A DNA stretch of 64,000 nucleotides. Source: an uncultured Kineosporiaceae bacterium. GTDB taxonomy: Bacteria > Actinomycetota > Actinomycetes > Actinomycetales > Kineosporiaceae. A program made the position numbers and the translations under genes. Shown here one piece after another: positions 47,252-54,072 of this stretch. The notes below the pieces were generated by a model. It did no database searches. It saw only the letters and a list, made by a program, of their open reading frames with translations, and was not told where the DNA came from. The stretch covers positions 6,552 through 70,551 of the forward strand of contig CAZOWW010000003.1 of NCBI GenBank assembly GCA_964583765.1, in the 5' to 3' direction. How positions within the stretch are numbered: position 1 is the stretch's first letter; each line of letters starts with the position of its first letter.

Positions 47252-48016
47252 ATGACCTTCGCCCGGGAGACGTGGATCGTCTTCGCCCGCGCCATGCGAC
47301 TGAGCCTGCGCAATCCCGTGTGGGTGGTCCTCGGGCTCATCCAGCCGGTGCTCTACCTGGCCCTCTTCGGACCGCTGCTGATCAAGGTGGTGCGTTCGAC
47401 GCCCGGCTTGCCGCCGGGTGACGCCTGGCAGATCTTCGTGCCGGGCCTGCTCGTGCAGCTGGGCATCTTCGGTGCGTCCTTCGTCGGGTTCGGCCTCATC
47501 GCCGAGTACCGCGCCGGAGTGATCGAGCGCATGCGGGTGACCCCGGCCCACCGAGTGGCGTTGCTGCTCGGCCGGGTGCTGCGGGACGTCGTCGTGCTCC
47601 TGGTCCAGGGCAGCCTGCTCATCCTCGTCGCGGTCCCGTTCGGGCTGCACGCCCCCGTGCTCGATCTGCTGCTCGGGTTGCTCGTGGTCGGCCTTCTGGC
47701 CGCGGCGTTCGCATCCCTCTCCTACGCCGCCGCGCTGCAGCTCAAGAGTGAGGACGCGCTCGCGCCGGTGCTCAACGGCGTCGCGCTGCCCCTGCTGCTG
47801 CTGTCGGGCATCCTGCTGCCCATGAGCCTGGCCCCGGCCTGGCTGCGCAACCTGTCCGACGTCAACCCGCTCAAGCACGTCGTGGACGGCGTGCGCGCGT
47901 GCTTCCGTGGCGACACGTTCTCGGCCTCGGCCGGGTGGGGGCTGGTCTCGGCCGTGGGTCTGGTGGCACTCGGCCTGTACGTCGGCACGCGCACCTTCCG
48001 GCGCGAGTCCTCCTGA
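47252..48016 (+). CDS. ABC-2 type transporter permease
   Basis: There are six TM segments. ...RVTPAHRVALLLGRVLRDVVVLLVQG... is typical of ABC-2 permeases. The ATG at 47252 lies 5 nt after AGGAG, whereas the tracked GTG at 47246 overlaps the Shine-Dalgarno. Confidence 0.88.
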   Translation: MTFARETWIVFARAMRLSLRNPVWVVLGLIQPVLYLALFGPLLIKVVRSTPGLPPGDAWQIFVPGLLVQLGIFGASFVGFGLIAEYRAGVIERMRVTPAHRVALLLGRVLRDVVVLLVQGSLLILVAVPFGLHAPVLDLLLGLLVVGLLAAAFASLSYAAALQLKSEDALAPVLNGVALPLLLLSGILLPMSLAPAWLRNLSDVNPLKHVVDGVRACFRGDTFSASAGWGLVSAVGLVALGLYVGTRTFRRESS

Positions 48017-48214
48017 GCGCCGCAGGCGCCTCCCCGGCCCGGAGCGGCGACCTTGGGAGCCCGGAGAGCAGCGCTCCCGGAGCCCGGGCCCAAGGCGACC
48101 CAGAGGCCCGGGACGGCGGGCTCCCCAGGCGGTGAGGCACGATCACAGGACGCACCGGCCGATCGGCGAGGACATCGCGGATCGGCCGGAACGGACCGGG
48201 GACGGGCAGAGGGA

Positions 48215-48772
48215 TCAGACGGTCTGGACGACCAGCAACTCGACGACGCGGTCCAGGAAGGCGTCCACCGAGGACTCCCGGTAACCACGGCTGCCGCGCT
48301 TGCTCTTGAAGACCGCCAATCGCACGGCGTCCGGGGGCAGTGCCCGTCCCGCCGCGAACGACTCCTCGATCTTGCGGCAGAGCTCGTCGACCCCGTAGGT
48401 GTCGTAGGTCAGCTCCATGCCGCTGCCCCGGGGGAAGCGCTCGCCGTCCGGCCGGGCCAACTGGGCGCGCAGGGACTGCTCCTGCGTGCGCAACTGCGTC
48501 TGCCACGCCGAGCGGCCGCTGCGCTCCTCCCCCCGCTGCTTCTCGCGCCGGGCGAAGGCGTCCTCGATCCGGTCGAGGGCCGCGTCCACGGCGTCGACGT
48601 CGTAGCCACCGCGCACCAGATCGAAGCCGATCGTGCGGACGTGCCACGAGGTCATCGTGGGGCCCCGGCCGGACTCCTCGTAGGCAGCCCGCGCCCGGGA
48701 GAGAAACGCCTCTACCTGTTCGACGTCATAGCCCTTGGCCATACGCCCTACGCGGAGAAAGGTGTCGCTCAT
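48215..48772 (-). CDS. DivIVA domain-containing protein
   Basis: Three copies of the DivIVA N-terminal-type motif are present: KGYDVEQVEAFLSRA, GGYDVDAVDAALDRI and RGYRESSVDAFLDRV. I trimmed to the ATG at 48772. Confidence 0.8.
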   Translation of the reverse strand: MSDTFLRVGRMAKGYDVEQVEAFLSRARAAYEESGRGPTMTSWHVRTIGFDLVRGGYDVDAVDAALDRIEDAFARREKQRGEERSGRSAWQTQLRTQEQSLRAQLARPDGERFPRGSGMELTYDTYGVDELCRKIEESFAAGRALPPDAVRLAVFKSKRGSRGYRESSVDAFLDRVVELLVVQTV

Positions 48773-49029
48773 GGCGGCAATTCTGCCCGAGCCGTCAAGT
48801 CCCGTGACACCGCCATGGCGACACTGCGCGACATGGTGAATTCCGGACGCCACGAGCGTCGGTAGAAATGCTCCTTTCGTTCCGTTTGACCGGCCCGGCG
48901 GTGGCCTTGGCGGGTCGCGGCGGTCATCCCGCGTCCACGAAGAGCCTCCGCGGACCTTCCCCGCGCCTGCGCGAACCCCGCGAGTCACGACGGGCGGGCC
49001 CTCCAGAACCCCGTCCCGGCACCACCCGG

Positions 49030-49127
49030 GCGGCGGGGCGACCCGGGAGCGGTCCCACAAGGTGGCGCCACACGAGCGGGTACGACGCGACAGCGCAGGC
49101 GCGGCGGGGCGATCCGGGAGCGGCCCC
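49030..49127. repeat. two 27-bp direct repeats 71 bp apart in the rlmN-DivIVA spacer
   Basis: GCGGCGGGGCGACCCGGGAGCGGTCCC (49030-49056) and GCGGCGGGGCGATCCGGGAGCGGCCCC (49101-49127). Confidence 0.8.
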
Positions 49128-49186
49128 CGCGGCGCGGCGCCAGGGAGCAGGCTCGACCGGCTGCGGTACCGGAGGTGCGGCTCCCG

Positions 49187-50506
49187 TCAGGAGATGGTCG
49201 CGGCGAGTTGCCCGCAGGCGCCCGCGATCTCACGCCCCCGCGTGTCCCGCACGGTGACCGCCACGCCGTGTGCGGCGACCCTGGCCACGAAGGTCTCCTG
49301 CACCGCGGGCGCACTCGCCGTCCATCGGGAGCCGGGGGTCGGGTTCAGCGGGATCACGTTCACGTGCACCCAGCCGTCGCCCCGGGCCCGCAGCAGGCGG
49401 CCGAGCTGATCCCCACGCCAGGCCTGGTCGTTCACGTCGCGGATCAGGGCGTACTCGATGCTCACGCGCCGCCCCGTGGCCGTGTGGTAGCGCCGTGCCG
49501 CGTCGAGGGCGGCGGCCACGTTCCACCGCGTGTTCAGCGGCACCAGTTCGTCCCGCGCCGCGTCGTCCGGAGCGTGCAGGGAGAGCGCGAGGGTGACCGG
49601 TAGGCCCTCCCCCGCCAGGCGGTCCATCGCGGGGACCAGTCCCACGGTCGAGACGGTGATCCCGCGCGCGGAGAGTCCGAGGCCGCCCGGCGCCGGGGTG
49701 ATCAGCCGACGCACGGCACCGACCACGGCGCCGTAGTTGGCCAGCGGCTCGCCCATGCCCATGAAGACCACATTGCCGACCCGCGTGGGCCCCTTGCCGC
49801 CGTCGCCCATGCCCCCGGCGGCGGGCCTCCCGGGGCGAGCAGAGGTCCCGGAGCGCGCGGACGTCCCGGTGCGGGCAGAGGCCCCAGTTCCTCGGGCCAG
49901 TTCCCGGGCGGCAGCGACCACCTGCTCGACGATCTCCGCCGTGGACAGGTTGCGGGTCAGCCCCGCCTGCCCGGTCGCGCAGAACGGGCAGCCCATGCCG
50001 CAGCCCGCCTGGCTCGACACGCACACGGTGGCCCGGTCGGGGTAACACATCAACACGCTCTCCGTCAGCGCCCCGTCGAAGAGACGCCAGGCCCACTTCA
50101 CGGTCGTCCCGGCGTCGCACTCCGCCCGGCGCACGCAGGAGGCCAGGCGGGGCAGCAGAGCCTCCACCAGGCGCTCCCGCACCGGGTGCGGCAGGTCGGT
50201 CATCTCGTCCGGGTCGTCCACGAGACGCTGGAAGTAGTGCACCGACAGCTGGCGAGCCCGGAAACCGCGCTCCCCCAGTTCGTCGACGACCACGCGCGCC
50301 CGCTCGGCCTCCCCCAGGTCGGCCAGGTGCCGCGGCGGCCGGCGACGCCGCCCTCCCGCGCCGCCCTCCGGCTCCCCGCCGAGCGGGGTGACCACCGGCT
50401 CGAGAACCCCGGGATCGGCCACGGGGCGCACCGGCTCCGGCCCGCGCGGACCCCGGGAGTCGGCAGGGGCGTCCTGGGCGGCACGGGCGTCAGGGTGGGC
50501 GGACAT
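49187..50506 (-). CDS. rlmN: 23S rRNA (adenine2503-C2)-methyltransferase, radical SAM (RlmN)
   Basis: ...[36 protein letters not shown]...[13 protein letters not shown]...CGQL... includes the CxxxCxxC cluster. The ATG at 50506 is the start. The tracked 1315-aa ORF fuses it to the antisense of xfp. Confidence 0.93.
   Translation of the reverse strand: MSAHPDARAAQDAPADSRGPRGPEPVRPVADPGVLEPVVTPLGGEPEGGAGGRRRRPPRHLADLGEAERARVVVDELGERGFRARQLSVHYFQRLVDDPDEMTDLPHPVRERLVEALLPRLASCVRRAECDAGTTVKWAWRLFDGALTESVLMCYPDRATVCVSSQAGCGMGCPFCATGQAGLTRNLSTAEIVEQVVAAARELARGTGASARTGTSARSGTSARPGRPAAGGMGDGGKGPTRVGNVVFMGMGEPLANYGAVVGAVRRLITPAPGGLGLSARGITVSTVGLVPAMDRLAGEGLPVTLALSLHAPDDAARDELVPLNTRWNVAAALDAARRYHTATGRRVSIEYALIRDVNDQAWRGDQLGRLLRARGDGWVHVNVIPLNPTPGSRWTASAPAVQETFVARVAAHGVAVTVRDTRGREIAGACGQLAATIS
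49835..49888 (-). repeat. 3 x 18-bp in-frame tandem repeat inside rlmN
   Basis: GCGAGCAGAGGTCCCGGA / GCGCGCGGACGTCCCGGT / GCGGGCAGAGGCCCCAGT encodes [18 protein letters not shown]. Confidence 0.85.
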
Positions 50507-50722
50507 GGCCCCGTCAGTCTGCCACGCAGGTGGCCGGCCCACTCGTTCGGCGAGGGTTTCCCGTGCCGATACCCGCCCGTGGCCAGCCGGACCCCACGAC
50601 ACGCCTGTCGCGGTGGCAGGGTAGACAGGCATCCACGGCTCGCACGCCGGCACGATCCGGCACCTTCGCTCGACTCGGCGCAGCGGCATGCGGGCACGAT
50701 CCGGCACAGTGGAGGGCACGCC

Positions 50723-53239
50723 ATGACCGCCCAGGGGAATCCCGCAGCACGCAACGGATCCGCATCTGCTCTCAGCACCACGACGATCCCGCTCGACGAG
50801 CACCAGGAGTCCCCCGAGCGGCACGTCGCCCACACCCCCTATCTGCGGGGCTCGGACGTCGCCTCGCTCAACGCGTGGTGGCGTGCGGCCAACTACCTGT
50901 CCGTGGGGCAGATCTACCTCATGGACAACCCACTGCTGCGGGAACCGCTCAAGTCGGACCACATCAAGCCCCGGCTGCTCGGCCACTGGGGCACCACCCC
51001 GGGCCTGAACTTCGTGCACGCCCACCTCAACCGCGTCATCATCGCCCGGGACCTGGACATGATCTACGTGTTCGGCCCGGGACACGGCGGTCCCGCCGCG
51101 GTGGCCGGAGCCTGGCTGGACGGGCGCTACTCGGAGATCTACCCGGAGGTCGCCCAGGACGAGCCCGGCATGCGCCGGCTGTTCACGCAGTTCTCGTTCC
51201 CCGGCGGCATCCCCTCGCACGTGGCGCCGGAGACACCGGGGTCCATCCACGAGGGGGGCGAGCTCGGCTACTCGCTCTCGCACGCCTTCGGTGCCGCCTT
51301 CGACAACCCCGACCTGATCGTGGCCTGCGTGGTGGGCGACGGCGAGGCCGAGACCGGCCCCCTGGCCGCCAGCTGGCACTCGACGAAGTTCCTCGACCCG
51401 ATCGGCGACGGCGCGGTGCTGCCGATCCTGCACCTGAACGGCTACAAGATCGCCAGCCCGACGGTGCTCGCGCGCATTCCCGAGCCCGAACTGGTCGCCC
51501 TCCTCACGGGCTGCGGCTGGGATCCGCTCATCGTGTCCGGCAGCGACCCGGAGGGCATGCACCACGCCTTCGCCCGGGCCCTGGACGCCTGCCTCGACCG
51601 CATCCAGGCCATCCAGGGCGACGCCCGGCGGAACGGGGTCCACGCCCGGGTGCGCTGGCCGATGCTCGTCCTGCGCTCCCCCAAGGGCTGGACCGGGCCG
51701 GTGGAGGTGGACGGCCTGCCGAGCGAGAACAGCTGGCGCTCGCACCAGGTGCCCCTCACCGACCCGCGGCACGACCCGGAGCACCTGTCGATCCTCGAGA
51801 GCTGGATGCGCTCCTACCGGCCTCAGGAGCTCTTCGACGACGCCGGCGCGCCCGTGCCGCTCGTGCGATCGCTGTCCCCGGACGGGGAACGCCGGATGAG
51901 CGCCAACCCGCAGACGAACGGCGGCGAGCTGCTGCGGGAGCTGCGGATGCCGGACTTCCGGGAGTTCGCGGTGCCGGTGTCCAGCCCGGGGACCGGCGCC
52001 GTCGAGGCGACCCGGGTGCTGGGGGACTTCCTCGGCGCGGTCGTGCAGGCGAATCTCGACCAGCGGAACTTCCGGATCTTCGCGCCGGACGAGAACAACT
52101 CCAACCGACTCCAGGCCGTGCTGGAGGTCACCGAACGGTCCTGGACGGCCGAACGGGTGCCCGGCGACGAGCACCTGGCCGTGGGCGGGCGGGTGATGGA
52201 GATCCTGTCCGAGACGACCTGTCAGGGCTGGCTGGAGGGCTACCTGCTGACCGGACGGCACGGCCTGTTCAACTGCTACGAGGCCTTCATCCACATCGTC
52301 GACTCGATGGTCAACCAGCACGCGAAGTGGCTCAAGACGATCCGCCGTCTGGCCTGGCGGCGTCCGATCGCGTCCCTGAACTACCTGCTCACCTCGCACG
52401 TGTGGCGCCAGGACCACAACGGGTTCAGCCACCAGGACCCCGGCTTCATCGACCACATGGTCAACAAGAAGGCGGACGTGGTGCGGGTGTACCTGCCGCC
52501 GGACGCGAACACCCTGCTCTCGGTGGCCGACCACTGCCTGCGCAGCCGCAACTACGTCAACGTCGTGGTGGCCGGCAAGCAGCCCGCACTGCAGTACCTG
52601 AGCATGGAGCAGGCGATCGTGCACTGCACCAAGGGCATCGGGATCTGGGAGTGGGCCAGCACGGACGCGGGCAAGGTGCCGGACGTGGTGATGGCCTGCG
52701 CCGGGGACGTACCCACCCAGGAGACCCTGGCCGCCGTGGACATCCTGCTCGGGTTCTTCCCCGACCTGCGCATCCGGGTGGTCAACGTGGTCGACCTCAT
52801 GCGCCTGCAGGACGAACGGGAGCACCCCCACGGCCTGTCCGACACCGCGTTCGACTCCCTGTTCACCCAGGACAAGCCGGTCATCTTCGCGTACCACGGC
52901 TATCCGTGGCTCATCCACCGCCTCACCTACCGGCGGACCAACCACCACAACATCCACGTGCGCGGCTACAAGGAGGAGGGCACCACCACCACGCCCTTCG
53001 ACATGTGCGTGATGAACCAGATCGACCGCTTCCACCTGGCGATGGACGCGATCGACCGGATCCCGCAGCTCGGGGACGACGCGGCGCACCACCGGCAGGC
53101 CCTCGAGGACATCCTGATCCTCCACCGCCAGCACACCCGCACCACCGGCGAGGATCTCCCCCAGGTGCGGACCTGGTCCTGGACGCGCCCGGCCCCGGAA
53201 TCGCCGAGCGCCGGCCCGGCTGAGCCTCGGATCCGCTGA
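50723..53239 (+). CDS. xfp: xylulose-5-phosphate / fructose-6-phosphate phosphoketolase
   Basis: ...[13 protein letters not shown]...[42 protein letters not shown]...[18 protein letters not shown]... is the canonical ThDP phosphoketolase sequence. The ATG at 50723 follows GGAGGG. Confidence 0.95.
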   Translation: MTAQGNPAARNGSASALSTTTIPLDEHQESPERHVAHTPYLRGSDVASLNAWWRAANYLSVGQIYLMDNPLLREPLKSDHIKPRLLGHWGTTPGLNFVHAHLNRVIIARDLDMIYVFGPGHGGPAAVAGAWLDGRYSEIYPEVAQDEPGMRRLFTQFSFPGGIPSHVAPETPGSIHEGGELGYSLSHAFGAAFDNPDLIVACVVGDGEAETGPLAASWHSTKFLDPIGDGAVLPILHLNGYKIASPTVLARIPEPELVALLTGCGWDPLIVSGSDPEGMHHAFARALDACLDRIQAIQGDARRNGVHARVRWPMLVLRSPKGWTGPVEVDGLPSENSWRSHQVPLTDPRHDPEHLSILESWMRSYRPQELFDDAGAPVPLVRSLSPDGERRMSANPQTNGGELLRELRMPDFREFAVPVSSPGTGAVEATRVLGDFLGAVVQANLDQRNFRIFAPDENNSNRLQAVLEVTERSWTAERVPGDEHLAVGGRVMEILSETTCQGWLEGYLLTGRHGLFNCYEAFIHIVDSMVNQHAKWLKTIRRLAWRRPIASLNYLLTSHVWRQDHNGFSHQDPGFIDHMVNKKADVVRVYLPPDANTLLSVADHCLRSRNYVNVVVAGKQPALQYLSMEQAIVHCTKGIGIWEWASTDAGKVPDVVMACAGDVPTQETLAAVDILLGFFPDLRIRVVNVVDLMRLQDEREHPHGLSDTAFDSLFTQDKPVIFAYHGYPWLIHRLTYRRTNHHNIHVRGYKEEGTTTTPFDMCVMNQIDRFHLAMDAIDRIPQLGDDAAHHRQALEDILILHRQHTRTTGEDLPQVRTWSWTRPAPESPSAGPAEPRIR

Positions 53240-53290
53240 GCCCGGATCGGTCGGGATCAGCCCCGGATCGGCTGAGTCCCGGATCGGCCT
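53220..53290 (+). repeat. four tandem copies of a 16-19-bp unit spanning the xfp stop codon
   Basis: The copies are GCTGAGCCTCGGATCC, GCTGAGCCCGGATCGGTC, GGGATCAGCCCCGGATCG and GCTGAGTCCCGGATCGGCC. The xfp TGA (53237-53239) is the TGA of copy 2. Confidence 0.85.
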
Positions 53291-53303
53291 CCTACCTCCG
53301 GGC

Positions 53304-53417
53304 TCACTCGATGCGGTCGAGGTGCTGGTGCACGATGCCGCGGTGAGTGACGCGTACCGCGGCCGGACGTCGGGCCTCCTCGGCGGTTTGATGAAAGTGG
53401 TCGACCTTGTCCCGGCT
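53304..53417 (-). other. start-less 38-codon reading frame downstream of the antitoxin (possible gene relic)
   Basis: My translation is [37 protein letters not shown]. By hand count about 80% of third positions are G/C. There is no in-frame ATG, GTG or TTG after the preceding stop. Confidence 0.2.
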
Positions 53418-53419
53418 GC

Positions 53420-53695
53420 TCAGAGTCCGGACTCGGACATCAGGTCAGCCGAGGAGATCATCCGCGCCGTGCCCGTGACCGACTCGGCCAGACGCTCGTC
53501 CGCGATGCGGGCGTCCTCGCGATCCAGGAGCTCCTCGTAGGCCTCGACCAGTGAGGCCGGCACGATCGCGGCAGCACGCACGCCGGATCGTCCCAGGATC
53601 ACGTACGTGATCTCACCGTCGTGGACGGCCCGATTCACCGCCTCGCTGAACTTGTTGCGAGCGTCGGTGACGCTCGACTCCACTGCTTCGCCCAT
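53420..53695 (-). CDS. type II toxin-antitoxin system Phd/YefM family antitoxin (no cognate toxin seen)
   Basis: The 91-aa product ...VTDARNKFSEAVNRAVHDGEITYVILGRSGVRAAAIVPASLVEAYEELLDREDARIADE... has the Phd/YefM N-terminal fold pattern. Confidence 0.8.
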   Translation of the reverse strand: MGEAVESSVTDARNKFSEAVNRAVHDGEITYVILGRSGVRAAAIVPASLVEAYEELLDREDARIADERLAESVTGTARMISSADLMSESGL

Positions 53696-53961
53696 GCCCC
53701 CACGATGCGCCCAACACGCTGGAAACGCGATCTACTTCCTGTCTCACGGCACTCACCCGCACCCTCGTGCCGTTGCGCCCGGCGGTTTGCCCGGAACCGC
53801 GCACGGCACGTGGACCGGCGGGCGCTGGACCGGTTCGGGGATCGTGGACCCGGAACCGAACTCATCATCCCCGGACCGACCCGCGGCCGTTCGCCGTCGC
53901 CAACCTGTCCGCATCCTGGTCGTGGAGCCCGCTCCGCTCCCCCTGGACGCCCGGGTAGAGG

Positions 53962-54003
53962 CGATCGGCCTCGTCCTGCAGTGGTGCAGGACGAGGCCGA
54001 TCG
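53962..54003 (-). terminator. strong hairpin 70 nt downstream of cdsA
   Basis: CGATCGGCCTCGTCCTGCA-GTGG-TGCAGGACGAGGCCGATCG forms a 19-bp perfect stem with a 4-nt loop. Confidence 0.7.
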
Positions 54004-54072
54004 AGGCATCGAGACCATGAATCCGAGCGAGTGCTCAGCGGGTGGGCAGCGCGCCCAGGTGGAGCAGCACGC

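Noticed and set aside
49187-53134. A 1315-aa minus-strand ORF.
   Set aside because: Only the last 439 codons (from the ATG at 50506) are RlmN. The upstream part is the antisense of the phosphoketolase gene and has no protein-like composition. For the same reason I trimmed the over-extended track ORFs 16785-18884, 32926-34359, 34722-36170, 41171-43111, 50186-53239, 22562-24349, 29657-31309, 15365-16684, 10206-10991, 4052-4684 and 48215-49060.
53696-54072. A search for a toxin gene upstream of the Phd/YefM antitoxin (reverse-order module); ORF 53635-54018(-) and the plus-strand ORFs in this region.
   Set aside because: All the candidate products are Arg/Pro/Gly-rich with no toxin-like pattern. 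The region also contains the cdsA terminator hairpin (53962-54003), so a gene here is unlikely.
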